From Octopus sinensis (taxonomy: Eukaryota): a DNA stretch of 64,000 bases. Position numbers and translations under genes: made by a program. The notes beneath the pieces were generated by a model. It was not told the DNA's origin, made no database searches, and was given only the letters and a program-made list of their open reading frames with translations. Where the stretch lies: assembly GCF_006345805.1 (NCBI RefSeq), contig NC_043005.1, positions 20,336,001 through 20,400,000 on the forward strand, written 5' to 3'. Shown piece after piece: positions 39,675 through 52,526 of the stretch (positions are counted from its first letter, which is position 1; each line of letters starts with the position of its first letter).

Positions 39675-39746
39675 AGCCAAGATAAAACTCTGAGTTTCGG
39701 ATGCTGAGGTGGAAATCCACACCACCATCTCTTCAGTTATCCGGCC
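39675..39746 (-). ncRNA. Type I hammerhead ribozyme motif (intact core)
   Basis: Minus strand: gataa-CTGAAGA-gatg...gtgga tt tccac...catc-c-GAAAC-tcaga-GTT-ttatc. Stem I gataa/ttatc, stem II gatg/catc, stem III actc/gagt. Confidence 0.65.
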
Positions 39747-40929
39747 ATCTCTCTCTATATATATAGGAAGTGTCATTATCCTCATTTAATGTCCATTTTC
39801 CAAGCTGGCAAGGGTTAAATGATTTGACTGCATCCAGCAAGGTGGAAGGCTATGTTGTGCTCCCATGTCAGTTTTGGCATGGTTTCTAAGATAGCTAGAT
39901 GCACCTCCTAACACTAGCCACTTTACAGTGTGTACTGAATACTCTTTCTCATCCACTGACACTAGGGAGATTGCCAAGGAACTTGCAAGACAGGAAAAGA
40001 ACAAGGAAAATCCCCATCAGTGAGGGGAGTATTTGAGAGGTGGGAGTTGGATTTATGCCTAGTGCTGCGAGTACAACAGAAACAAGTATCTTGCTAAATA
40101 GGACATACATGGCTTCCCCAAGTATCTTGCTATATAGGACATACATGGCTTCCCCACTTTAGAAAAGGATGGATGGAAGTAGCTGAGAAGATAATGATAA
40201 TAATAATGGGGTGCAAAAGTTAACTCTCAAAGTACAAGATGAACGTAAGAGAAAATACAGACAGTGGATCCAGCAGGGAAAGGGAGAGTGGGTAGTTTCA
40301 TATGGGTGTGAGGGGAGAGTAACAGATGGTTAGAGATGGGGGTAGAGGAGAATGTAATGAGTGATGAACAAGGCTGGAGGTGTAGTTGATGGTAAATACC
40401 AGTATAGAGAGGGCATAAGGTGAGAGAGATAGTAGTGGCTTAGGAAGGAGGATAGGACAGAAGGTAAAGGGATGATGTGAAGGTGCAGGAGTGATGGGGT
40501 GGAAGATGTAGTGATACATAAGGGTTACTACAGTGAGTGGGATGTAATGGAGGATATGACAGGGCATAGAGAAAAATAGCAGATATGTGAGGTGCTAAGA
40601 CTGAGTATAGTAGAGGAGAGAATGAGAGATAACTGAAGGTAGAGAAAGGAAGTGATCAGTGAGAATAGAGTGGGAAGGCAAGGAGGATAATGAGAATGAG
40701 AAGTGAAAGTGGTTCCAGGAGGGAATGCAAAGGAAGAGGGGGAATAATAGATGCTGATCCTCCTCTCATGTTATTACAGCCACTGTGCGCTTCCATAGAT
40801 AGAGAAGTGATGGAGAGCTGGGTATTTAAATGAATGAAATTCTGGAATGTTTGATTGTACAGAATGGGTGTAGGGACAGGGCCTAGCACACACAAGCATA
40901 AACAACATGATTTTATGACATCATCTTTT

Positions 40930-41390
40930 GTTGTGATTAATGAATCTTCTCAAGCACAGCAAATTATCAATCATCCTTTGTAATTTCCATGAGGCTCAGC
41001 ATCTTGAGATCACCCTTTACGACTTCATCTCATATCTTTCTGGACCTCTCTTTTCTACAAGTTCATCTACTTTAAGTGACCAGCACTTTATGCAGCTGTC
41101 CTCATGGATACACATCACATGACCAAAACAGCATAGTCTTTTCTCTTGTATGCTACACCTGATTCCTCTTATGCCTAATTGTCCTCTCAATAATTTAGCA
41201 CATTGTCATACATGCACACTGACATTGCACATCTAACAGAGCATACTGGTTTCATTCCTCTCTAGTCTTTGCAGGTCTTCTGCATTCAGGGCCCATGTCT
41301 AATTACCATGTAGGACTGCTGTTTATACAGAAGCATCATACAATTCACCTTTCACTCTGAATGAGATACCTTTTGTTGCCAACAGAGGTC
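40930..41390 (-). mobile_element. Old RTE-clade LINE fragment
   Basis: Homologous by eye to 26050-26470 (RLCCFGHVMC, RKRGP motifs), heavily degenerate. Confidence 0.65.
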
Positions 41391-41605
41391 ACCTGTCAGT
41401 GAACTATCTCTTCCAGCCTATGGCGTTTGAGACGTTTGGAGGGGCTGGGCTGCTAATGGGGAAGTTCTTGTCATCATTGACAGCTCACCTTACTGAAGTG
41501 TTAGGTGATGCCCATGAGGATGCTTGGCTGTTCCAACATCTTAGCCTTGCCATTGCCCATGGTAATGCCATGAGCATGTTGGCTTGCTTCAGTAGGTTTT
41601 ATTGA
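41391..41605 (+). mobile_element. CRE-like (restriction-like endonuclease) non-LTR element C-terminal fragment
   Basis: YLFQPMAFETFGGAG...FL..L..HL....GDAHEDAWLFQHLSLAIAHGNA matches the F.P.A.ET.G ... QRLS.A..RGNA tail of CRE-type elements. Confidence 0.65.
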
Positions 41606-41740
41606 ACCTTGAGGTGTGTGACTAATTGAGGCACTTGGTGTTGTATTGATGTGTTTTTTGTTTTTTCTTGCTATTCTTTTTCCACTTTTGATTTTGGACA
41701 TGCAAATATATATTATTTATTTATTTATATATATATATAT

Positions 41741-44580
41741 ATCATCATCATCATCATCATTCATTTAGCGTCCGTTTTCCATGCTAGCATGGGTTGGACG
41801 GTTCAACTGGGCTCTGGGGAGCCCGAAGGCTGCACCAGGCCAGTCAGATCTGGCAGTGTTTCTACAGCTGGATGCCCTTCCTAACGCCAACCACTCCGAG
41901 AGTGTAGTGGGTGATTTTATGTGCCACCGACACAGGTGCCAGACGAGGCTGGCGAACGGCCACGCTCGGATGTTTTTTATGTGCCACCGACACAGGTGCC
42001 AGACGAGGCTGGCAGACGGCCACGCTCGGATGGTGTTTTTATGTGCCACCGACACAGGTGCCAGATGAGGCTGGCGAACGGCCACGATCGGATGGTGTTT
42101 GTTACGTGCCCGCAGCACGGAGGCCAGTCGATGCGGTACTGGCTACGGCCACGTTCGGATGATTTTCTTGTGTGCCACCGGCACTGGTACCACAAAGATA
42201 CAAATTCCATTGATGTTCATCTATTTTGATTTGTTTTGATTTGATTTTCACTTGCCTCAACAGGTCTTCACAAGTGTCACAAGAAGGAAGGAAGGTATGC
42301 ACAGGTGGACTGACTATGTCCCAGGTAGGGGCCACGGGTTATGGCCTGACTAGTCTTGCCGGGTCTTCGGATGGTGTTTTTATGTGCCACCGACACAGGT
42401 GCCAGATGAGGCTGGCGAAACGTCCGCGATCGGATGGTGTTTGTTACTTGCCCATAGAACGGAGGCCAGTCGATGCGGTACTGGCTACCGCCACGTTTGG
42501 ATGGTTTTTCTTGTGTGCCACCGGCACTGGTACCACAAAGATACAAATTCCATTGATGTTCATTCTATTTTGATTGTTTTGATTTGATTTTCACTTGCCT
42601 CAAAGGTCTTCACAAGTGTCACAAGAAGGAAGGAAGGTATGCACAGGTGGACTGACTACGTCCCAGGTAGGGGCCACGGGTTATGGCCTGACTAGTCTTG
42701 CCGGGTCTTCGGATGGTGTTTTTATGTGCCACTGACACAGGTGCCAGATGAGGCTGGTCTTGCCGGGTCTTCGGATGGTATTTTTATGTGCCACCGACAC
42801 AGGTGCCAGATGAGGCTGGCGAAACGGCCACGATCGGATGGTGTTTGTTTTATTATATTTTATTTGATTTTCACTTGCCTCAACAGGTCTTCACAAGTGT
42901 CACAAGAAGGAAGGTATGCACAGGTGGACTGACTACGTCCCAGGTAGGGGCCACGGGTTATGGCCTGACTAGTCTTGCCTGGTCTTCTCACGCACAGCAT
43001 ACTTCCATAGGTCTCGGTCTCTAGTCATTTCCTTAGTGAGACCTAAGTTGGAAAGTCGTGCTTCACCACCTCGTCCCAGGTTTTCCTGGGTCTACCTCTT
43101 CCACAGGTTCCCTCACTGCTAGGGTGTAGCACCGTTTGGACACACACTATCTTCAGCCATTCTCTCGGCACATACCAGACCAGCGCAGCCGTCTTCTCTT
43201 GCACACCACAACTGACGCTTCTTAGGTTTCAACTTTTCTCTCAAATGGTTTTCAGGCTAGTATGATTCAAGCCTTGTCATCCTTGTTTACACCTGAAACT
43301 TCTCCTCAGTCTGATAGTACACTCAGCAATTAGAGCAAGGTCACAGCATAGAGGAGTCCAAGGGCTCCTGTCTTGAATTCCTCCGTATTGCTTACAGGCT
43401 ATGATAAATAGGAGGGACGAGACTGAACTTGGTGACCCCTACCTCTACCGGAATTCTTCATCGACTACTCTTCTCGCTTACCTACTAGCAGCGTCTCTGC
43501 TACATGGGTACAGCTCTACAACCATCATCTATCCCTGTCCTACATTGAAAGATAGGGCCGGGACTGTCGACTTCTGCAAGTAACGTAAGCTCGCAAGGGC
43601 TTATCTTTGGCTAGGTATTTCTCCTGCAGCGTCTGTTACCAGGAATATAGCATCAGTAGTACTTTTCCCTGGCACGAACCCAAATGCATATCATCTAAGC
43701 TAACTCTCTCTCTAATTAATTGGGCTATAACCCTCTCCGTAACCTTCATTACCTGATCCAGCAGCTTGATGCCCCTGTAGTTATTTGTATCTAGGGCGTC
43801 GCCTTTACCTTTGTAGCAGTTGACTATTATGCTGCTACACCAGTCATTGGGTATGACTCCTTCGTGTATCACCTGGTTAACTATACGGGTGACTACTAAG
43901 CTATGGCCGACACTACCAGATATTTTGAGCATCTCTGCAGTAATTCCTGATGGGCCTGGGGCTTTCCCTGTTTTCATGCTTCTAATTGCCTTATCTACTA
44001 AGGAACTGTTAACTTGGATTACTGGTCCCTCTGTTGGGTCGACATTCGGCAGACTCTCTTTATCCCATTCATTTTCCTCATTCAGCAACCTTTCATAGTG
44101 GCGTCTCCAAGCCTCTCTCTTTGCATCCTCATTTAGCGCAAGTGAACCGTCATCCTTGCGAACACATTTCTCTCCTACCACGTCACGATTCTCTCTCACA
44201 CACTGTCTTGCAACACGAAATACCTCAAGTCTTTCATTCTCACGGCGCAGGACATTGGCAAATTTTTCCTTATCTGCCTCCAGTTGCATCCAGTTGTCTT
44301 CTACCCCCTGCGTAGCTATACCCCCTTCCATTTCGTCAAAGGCTTCAAGTAACATGTCTCTAAATCTCTGTCCATTCGCAGGGTCTTTAAGCATCCAGAC
44401 CCTTCTTCTCCATGTTGGTCGTCTTCTAGTCGCCCTCTTAGTCCTGATCCTAAAGTCACTAACTACCAGTCTATGTTGTGGGGTGCATTCTTCGCCTGGG
44501 AAGGTTTTGGCATTTATAAGCAGCCATCTTTCCCTTTTTCTGGCAAGGATGTAGTCGATTTGGCTAGTATGCCGGCCCGA
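41741..44580 (-). mobile_element. 5'-truncated RTE-clade LINE (endonuclease end, RT fragment, tandem-array 3' UTR, (ATG)n tail)
   Basis: ORF 43636-44394 contains MKTGKAPGPSGITAEMLK...WCSSIIVNCYKGKGDALDTNNYRGIKLL. ORF2 C-terminal motif GRGRPRKTW near 43070-43110. Internal deletions and frameshifts. Confidence 0.9.
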
Positions 44581-44581
44581 T

Positions 44582-44622
<41 letters not shown>

Positions 44623-45042
44623 ATTGTGTTTCGGGTTTCGGATTTGGATTTTAATAAGGCATATTCGTGTAATTAAATATGTTGTAAATGAAATCGCAAA
44701 AGTGAATTGTTTTATAAACTCGCTCGTTATTGTTTAGCATGTAAAAAAACTTAAAAGGTTTTATATTCGGGAAAACAGACAATTCAGATCAAAATTGTGT
44801 ATTGGGTTGCCTCAAAAAATTATGAGAGGAACACCTGTACTTTCTGGTACCGTATATAATAGAGTATGCAGGCTTTTTTTTTTCTTTTCTCGCTCTCTTA
44901 TACTCATTTTCATTGCTATTTCCATTTATTTTTGTAAACTGTTATCTTTAGCAGTTCTAAATCAAAATTAAAGAAATAGCATATAATGGACTATTGTATA
45001 TCACTAAATGATACAAAGCAAATATTATTTATTACTCTTCTA

Positions 45043-45426
45043 GGCGATCTTTCGTCTCTAGTAGACCTTTCCGTCGATTTGGGAACTTTTGAAGTAATGA
45101 GAGCGAAAGAGACTAAGAGAAAGCGATTGTATGACGAGGGAAGTTCTTTTGAAGTTACCGTGCATGGGAGCATTGATGTATATGTGTGTGTGTGTGTTTG
45201 ATGGGGTGTGTGAGACAGACAGTATGTTGTGCAAGTGAAGTGCTTCTGTTAGTGTGTGTGAAGAGACAGAGTAATGTGTGAAAAAAAGAGATAACTGAAA
45301 TTTTTTACTCGGTGTATGTGTATATGTATGTATATTACTTCAAAAGTTCCCGCAAGCCCATATGTGAAAAAAAAAATTTTTTTTACAGAAATCGACGGAA
45401 AGGTCGACTAGAGACGAAAGATCGCC
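45043..45426. mobile_element. Merlin-like MITE, 384 bp
   Basis: 38-bp TIRs (45043-45080 and 45389-45426, 1 mismatch) beginning GGCGA, fitting the Merlin GGNRM terminus. Perfect 8-bp TSD CTCTTCTA (45035-42 and 45427-34). Confidence 0.85.
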
Positions 45427-45499
45427 CTCTTCTAATAATTGGAATTTATTTAATTTTCAATAAATGTTATATAAATAACACCTCAGGTCAAGCAGTTAG

Positions 45500-46100
45500 C
45501 TTTCAATGCCTTCTATCCATTTCATGAATTCGTCTTTCGTTTACATAATCCGCAGTTGATAATCATTGATGCAAACAAAAAAAAAAATTAAAGGATATTA
45601 TATTAGCATAAAGATATTATATTATTATTACTATAAATTAGGTTTATAAATACACTTAAATTAAAACTAATTTTGAATATAATACGTAAATGTTATGGAT
45701 GTATGTTAAAATATTCAGTGCGGATCTAATTTGGGCGACCTTAGAAAGGGCGTCTGGAGATTTACATCGTTGTGATGGCTGCATCTCTCCGGTCTCTGTC
45801 GTCGGCTGCAGTGTCAGCCAGACAGGGTATGTATACACACATTCTTATTTCATGTATTTTCACTCTAAATCTCCCGGCTTCCCACGTGTAATTACCACCA
45901 GTTTGAATCCTGCGACTATTGACATTGTCGAGGTCGTGGAAATAATCTTTTCTTCTATAGGCACACGGCCTGCCCCTGGGAGCAAGAGAATAATTCCTCG
46001 CTGGTTCCTCTTTTCGGTTTCCATCCCCGGTTCATTCCATTTCATTTCACACTTCATTTATGTTGTTAATAGTATAACACCTAGAAAAGCACGAACGTTG
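45500..46100 (+). promoter_or_regulatory. Probable NDUFV1 promoter / TSS region
   Basis: CpG dinucleotides are locally retained around exon 1 in an otherwise CpG-depleted window. The exact TSS cannot be determined. Confidence 0.45.
45775..45826 (+). CDS. NDUFV1: NADH:ubiquinone oxidoreductase 51 kDa flavoprotein subunit, exon 1 (mitochondrial presequence MAASLRSLSSAAVSARQ)
   Basis: ATG in a CpG-retaining region. Ala/Ser/Arg-rich, acid-free transit peptide. Donor CAGG|gtatgt in phase 1, matching exon 2. Confidence 0.8.
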
Positions 46101-46828
46101 CACAATTTTATTTTCCCCCTTCTTGCTTTATATAACAAATTATAATTTCATCTCTATAAGACCTCAATTAACTGAGATCGATCAGCTAAGTACCTGCCAA
46201 ATACTGATAGATTGAAATCAGTTTTCCGTAACTTAATATTCTCTATCGCCCATAGAGAAATGCCAATTTTATTTTATGTGAGTAGGGAAAACAAACTTGC
46301 TTAAGAAAATCAAGTGCATATATTTACCTGGACGAGTATCGTTTTATTATATAATTAGACCTTGAAACTAAACAAGCGCAGAAAGTAAACATACATCGTA
46401 ATAAAAGATTAATATATTTCATAATCAAATGGCATCTTAATACTTCAATTTAGAATATGAAGCATCCTGCAAGATATGTAAAAAAACCTTGCATTTCTGT
46501 TGTTTTGAGGATCCAAAACTTAAAATATACCTAACCCTGTTGTCTTCGAGATACCCCGCTCCATTTAAACCATATTATCATTTCATTTCTTCTTTCAAAT
46601 GTTATTCTTGTATTCTCGTGCAATTTGATATTTAATTTGAGAATAGGTCAAATGTTATCCTTCCATAAAGCATGTTATTTTGACAGCATTTCCATGATGT
46701 ACTAATCGTCCATTCGGAGAACACACACACGCTGGAGTTTGTAACTAAATAAAGTAAAAGTTTTAAATTTCATCTTCCATCATCACCACCATCATTTAAT
46801 GTCCGTTTTCATACTGTCATGGGTTAGA

Positions 46829-46883
<55 letters not shown>

Positions 46884-47167
46884 TATATAGTGTTAGATAA
46901 CAGCCTGATTATGTAACCTTGTGCTCTCCAGAGATGGTGGTTATGGAATAATAATAATGAAATTATTGTATACAGTGCTCAGGTGCACCACCTTGTCAGA
47001 AAGTGCATATAAGTACATGAATATATTTATTCCATAACTGTTATACTAATACATCTGTTTGTTTTGTACACCATCTGTCTTCATCTTGTTTTTGTAAACT
47101 TTCCCTTATATATATATATATATATTATATAAATATCATATATATCTATATATATATAATAATTACT

Positions 47168-47319
47168 TTATTTTTAAAAGCAGCAGAAATATAACAAAGC
47201 TGTTACTCAGAGTTTCACGTTTCCGTTCGTCGGACATTTTTGTTAACAAAACGTCGAAGAACGGGAACGTGAAACTGAGTAACAGGTTTTGTTATATTTC
47301 TGATGCTTTTAAATAAATA
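47168..47319. mobile_element. Short fold-back element with a minimal hammerhead motif in each arm
   Basis: Palindrome centred on gtt|aac (47244/47245). Minus strand reads tgt-CCGACGA-acg gaaa cgt-GAAAC-tctga-GTA-aca. Confidence 0.65.
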
Positions 47320-47388
47320 CCACCGGTAGAGTAATATGCTTTTGAGTAGCCTTTTCCCCACCTTGTTTGACATTTATGTGCTTATTCC

Positions 47389-47420
<32 letters not shown>

Positions 47421-47424
<4 letters not shown>

Positions 47425-47693
47425 AGTGTACAGTATTATTTATCCATTACGGCTGATCTTACCAATTGGTTTTGCATTAGGGGTTCAACGGAGTGTTAGA
47501 TAACAGCCTGATTATGTAACCCTGTGCTCTCCAGAGATGGTGGTTATGGAACGAATATGTTTATTCCATAATTGTTATCTCTGAAGGGCATGGGGTTACA
47601 TAATCAGTCTGTTATTTCACACTCTGTTGAACCGCTACTATGAAATTGGTTGGTATGATTTGCTTTAATGAATATATAATACTGTGCACTTCA
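47421..47693. mobile_element. Fold-back element with a type I hammerhead motif in each arm
   Basis: Arms of about 130 bp. Two-arm consensus atct-CTGAAGA-gca..gggtt...aaccc..tgc-GAAAC-caattg-GTA-agat. Confidence 0.7.
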
Positions 47694-49131
47694 ATTAATA
47701 TACCACTCTTTTGACAAATATAGGAGTGCATATTTTTTCTGTCTTATGGATTTTTAGATGGCTAAGCTAACTGGCTGCATTAGACTAGAGTCTGGTGCAG
47801 CCCCTCAGCTTACTTAACCCTGGTCAAACCATCCAGCATGGACAATGGATGCTAAATGATGATGATATATTTGCCTTTCTTTTGGTATTAATACATGAAG
47901 TACCAGTTGAGGGCTATGAATTGATAAAATTGTTCAAGCAAAAGATGGGTTGCATTGAGGTATTTTTTCTGGCTTTTTACTTTCTGACCGTAATACCTGC
48001 GATAGTACTGATACTTGACTGTAACAGCCTTACCTTTTCTTTGGACAACATTAATGATGTGAAGGGAAGAGACTTGCATGCATGGGCAACTGATAGTTTT
48101 CTGAGGAAAAAAATAAATAAAAAGGTCCTGCACTTTGCAAGAGAATTTTCCAAGTGCAGACATCAGATATACTATAACATGACAAAAGTAATTGATATAT
48201 ATACACACAGGGCATTTATTTCTAAAACATACCTAACCCATGCTAGTATGGAAAACGGATGCTAAACGATGATGATGATGATGATGTAATCTAAAAAGAA
48301 TTTACATGAATTTTAGAAAGAGTATTAGCCATACAGATATAGATTGAAGAATCATGTTCTGATATAATTCTGATACAGTCAAGAACATTGTTATTCAGAG
48401 TGTTATATCTGGTTTCTTCCATACAGTTGACAGATGACATTATAACAGTTCTTTCATAAAGAAAAGATCACTGTAATAAGTAGATCCAGTCGCATACAAA
48501 GTATTGCAAGAAGAACTTGCACTGTAAGGCCACAGATGTATACCTGTAAAGTGGTGAGCTGTATGAGCAGAATAAAGGTGGTTTTGAGGTTCAGCTAGTT
48601 CTATTCCACTGAGACTCTCCAGTGATGGTGCCACAAGAAAATACACCCAGTACACTCTGTAAAGCAGTTGGCATTAGGAAGGATATCCAGCATAGAAGCA
48701 CAACCAAATGACATCTAAGAGCACCTAGATTTTGGAAGTGGTGGTTCATAGCGGGAAGTGACTTGGGACCCTGACAGTCCATTCAGCTCATGCTAGTATG
48801 GAAATTGGATGTGAATGATAATGATACTCCTATTATTTCCTTCTATACCTTTAATCTGTCTGTTTGCTTTGACTATTGCATTAAATTACTCCCTGTTGCC
48901 TTTTGTCACATTCCTATTTCAATTTGACTAACCAACTTGTTTGTTCCCTTCATTTAGTCTTCAAATTCCAATTTCACCTGATTATAAAACACAAAAACTT
49001 CAACTTTGTCTCATTGGTCTGGGAGTAAGGCAAGCAAAGGCAACAAACACTTCACTGCCACCTCTGACGAAATTATTAACAAATGTGTTTATATATGAAT
49101 GAGTTAATTTCCACTTTCTATCTCTTTCCAG

Positions 49132-49196
49132 TCCAACTCACCAAAGCTGCTGTTGGTTACTCAGTTGTTAGAAATCAGACAACAAATTCCAAAAAG
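49132..49196 (+). CDS. NDUFV1: NDUFV1 exon 2 (V-QLTKAAVGYSVVRNQTTNSKK)
   Basis: Acceptor tctttccag|, donor AAG|gtaatg, phases 1-0 bridge exons 1 and 3; completes the presequence. Confidence 0.75.
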
Positions 49197-49866
49197 GTAA
49201 TGTTGAATTTACTGTCTATTTGCCTGATCTAGTCAAACAGAAGACTCAATATGGCTACAATATCAATTATCAAACTAGTCATGTTCTGTATAGAGTTTCC
49301 AACAACATCCAGTGACTCAAATCCACCTACCTTCTCCATTGTAAACAACACCAAAACCAAAAGTTTACATATGAAGAGACTTAACAATAAAACAAATGCA
49401 ATATGCCCCATTTGCTTCCCAGCACCTTATAAGTAAATATCTCTGTCTGAGGGACTTCTATGGGTGTGCTTAGATTCACTTAGTTAGTTTGAAGTGGATG
49501 AGATAATATTCTCTAGGATACAATTGTGGTATATCTCAGCCTTCTGGCTTCCCAGACCCCAGTTGAACCGTCCAACCTATGCTAGCATGGAAAGCGGACC
49601 CTAAATGAAAATGATGATGATGTATCAGTTGGACAGGCTTTTAGAAGTTGATTTATGGTTTGATACCCTTTCTGTAACCAATGTATTTGGTGGTAAAACT
49701 CCACCCTAAACTATCTTTAAATTGTTAAGTAATATGTGGAATTATTTCTAACCACAACAGAACTATTTAAAACTCTAGTTTCATAATTTTTCATGTTTTT
49801 CTTTTTGTCTATTTTAATTTTTTGTATGATTGGATACACTAATTATATTTTTATTTCTACCTTCAG

Positions 49867-49956
49867 AATGTTTATGGACCTTTAAAAGATGAGGACCGTA
49901 TTTTTACCAACTTGTATGGTCGTCATGATTTCCGCTTAAAAGGTGCTTTAGCTAGG
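49867..49956 (+). CDS. NDUFV1: NDUFV1 exon 3
   Basis: [30 protein letters not shown], the classic NDUFV1 N-terminus; cttcag| ... |gtaagt. Confidence 0.97.
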
Positions 49957-52377
49957 GTAAGTCTTGTTATTTTCACCTAAGATTGTGTTGTAGAAAGTAG
50001 AAGTCCCATATTACAATTATCAGTAATACAATGGTAACATTGGAATTTTGCCTGAGAGAGTTTAGCAGTTAAGCAAGTTGAATCTTTTCCTTTGACATAA
50101 TGCTGTACCTTTCTTTAGAAAACTCTTTCAAAGCAGAATTCTGGAATAGAAAAAGTTAAAAGGTAATTATTCAGTTCTGTTATGGAATCCTACTGTTAAA
50201 TAGAACCTTCCTTATAAAATATCTATGTTGAGGGCCACAATTGGCTAATTTGTTAGTGCCAATTTTCATCTCAATATTTAACTACGATATTAAGTGTAAC
50301 TTCTTCAATAAATAATATATAAAAAAGGTCACAATAGCATAGCTATATTGCCTGATCCAACATTAATAAATATCTAAATATCTTTCTAACTTCTCTACAT
50401 CTTCTATATCTCTCGCTCACCATACTTCCAGCATCTGCTCTGTTCTAATTAATAGTCTGCACAGGACAGTTCTCATTTACAAGAAGGGAATAGAGAACTA
50501 GATGGGGAAAGATCTGTCCCACAGTACCTGCTACAATACCTCAAATCTGCAACCATTTTGTCTGGAAACTGACAAAATAATGAAGAGCTATTTTCTGTAG
50601 CTGAAGGTCATGAATAAGAATTTTAAAATAGACTAAAGTAGAACTTCAGATATAAACTGTGAGCTATGTGGCAAAGATAAAAGTTTAACCGTTGTATATG
50701 CAAGTTGGTACAAGTTTAAGAATAAATACAAATCAATATGTGGTTTGCATAAAGAAGATAGGCAAAAGATAAGTAAGAAGTAATCAAAAGAACAACATTT
50801 ATAGAACTAATAGATATTATAGTTAATATTTTTAAAGGAATTATATTGGTCTATTAATTAGGTTCACAAAAGATTCTTAAGTAAGAATTAATTAAAAGTT
50901 ACAAAATTTCCAAGTTTTATATATTATTTTCCCTCTGTAGCATTACTGCCACCAATTAAGTTTTCTTAATTGTTTTTCAATCTTTCTTAAATCTACTTGT
51001 CAGTTGTATGAGAAACTTAGAATTAATAGGGTTTTTGATATAGACTGATTAAAAATTCTTCTAACTAATGATTCCACGCAGTTATTTCCCTTTACTCAGT
51101 AATATATCTTTATCTCACTCCAGCAGTGGGACTGAACCTGGAACCACTTGTTTGCTAAGCGAACTTCTTAACTACATAGTCATACCCAAGCCTTTCATAT
51201 GATGAAAAGCGTTTCAACTCTGACCATTCCACTTTTTTTTTTTTTTTACCTGACTAGAGTATGTAAAGGACTGCATTAGCCAATGTGTCCGTGCTTCTTT
51301 AAGACAATGCATGTGATTTGAGGAGGATTTAGCTATTATTTCTAGCAAGTTGTATGATCCCCTAGTAATTTCCTCATCGGTTAGCATATATTTATTTACA
51401 GACGGTGCCTCTGTATTTTGAAAAATTATGTGTTGGTCTAATTTATGACATCTGCTAAATTAAAAGGAACAAATTATTATTGTTGCTATTATTACTATTG
51501 AGCTGGCAGAATCATTAGCACATCAGACAAAATGCTTCACAGAATTTCTTCTGGCTTTATGTTCTAAGTTCAAACTCTGCCAAGGTAGATTTTTGCCTTA
51601 TAATCCCTTTTGGGGTTGATAAAATTAGTACCACTTGAGCTCTGGAGTCAATTTAATTGACTAGACCCCCCCCCCCATATTGTAGAAAGGATTACTACTA
51701 CTACTACTACTACTATTACTATTATTAAGGCAACTAGCTGGCAGAATCATTAGCTGCAAAGCATTTTGTCCATTTGCATGTTCCGAGTTCAAATCCTGCT
51801 GAGGTTGATTTTTGCCTTTCATCCTTTCGGGGTCAATAAACACTGAAGTCAGTGTAATCAATTAATCCCCTCCCCTAAAATTTTAAGCCTTGTGCCTAAA
51901 GTAGAAAGCATTATTATTATTATTATTATTAAGATAATGAAATAACAGAGCTAATGGAGTGCTAGAGTAAATATTTAGCAGTATTTTGGTACATCCATTA
52001 TTGTTTCATATTCAAATTATCCTTTTCTTTAGTAGTCAATAAAACAAGTATTGGCTGTATGCTGGTATTGATTTTATTAACTGTTCTTTACTTTTCTGGA
52101 AATTTGTAGATTTTAAGAAATCTAATTCTTGCTAATGAAACAACCTCTACATAGTTGATCAACTTGTTAGAAGTAGTTGCCAAATTCTTTCAAATCTCAC
52201 ACAGCCATCTTAAAAAAGGTAGGATACATTAAATAAGAAATTCTAGATATACAAAACGACTGGATGGACATGGCTGGAATGCATTTTATCATAGTTCTAT
52301 TCAATCAAGGCTGTCCCGAGGTTAAAACGAGAAGGAAATTATTGTTATTAATGTTATTGTTTAATGTCTTTTTGTAG

Positions 52378-52526
52378 GGTGACTGGTATAAGACTAAAGA
52401 AATTATTCTGAAAGGACATGAATGGATCCTGAAAGAAACTGTCACGTCTGGCTTAAGAGGCCGTGGTGGAGCTGGTTTCCCAACTGGAATGAAATGGGGT
52501 TTCATGAATAAACCATCAGATGGGAG
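52378..52526 (+). CDS. NDUFV1: NDUFV1 exon 4 (glycine-rich FMN/NADH loop)
   Basis: [13 protein letters not shown]...[26 protein letters not shown]; tgtag| ... AG|gtaaga, phase 2. Confidence 0.98.

Noticed and set aside
40250-40760. Long purine-rich strand-asymmetric tract
   Set aside because: Resembles the reverse complement of the pyrimidine-rich UTR of old RTE copies (compare 32300-32510) and adjoins an RTE fragment.
43100-43640. Apparent novel sequence inside the RTE copy
   Set aside because: Looks like scrambled RTE ORF2 with dense indels next to nearly pristine sequence; more likely low-quality consensus than biology.
45690-46145. 151-aa ORF over the NDUFV1 5' end
   Set aside because: Different frame from the presequence exon, runs through the donor site, and has no recognisable motifs.
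47795-48265. 156-aa ORF in NDUFV1 intron 1
   Set aside because: Begins and ends in RTE-tail repeat fragments, with no domain signature.
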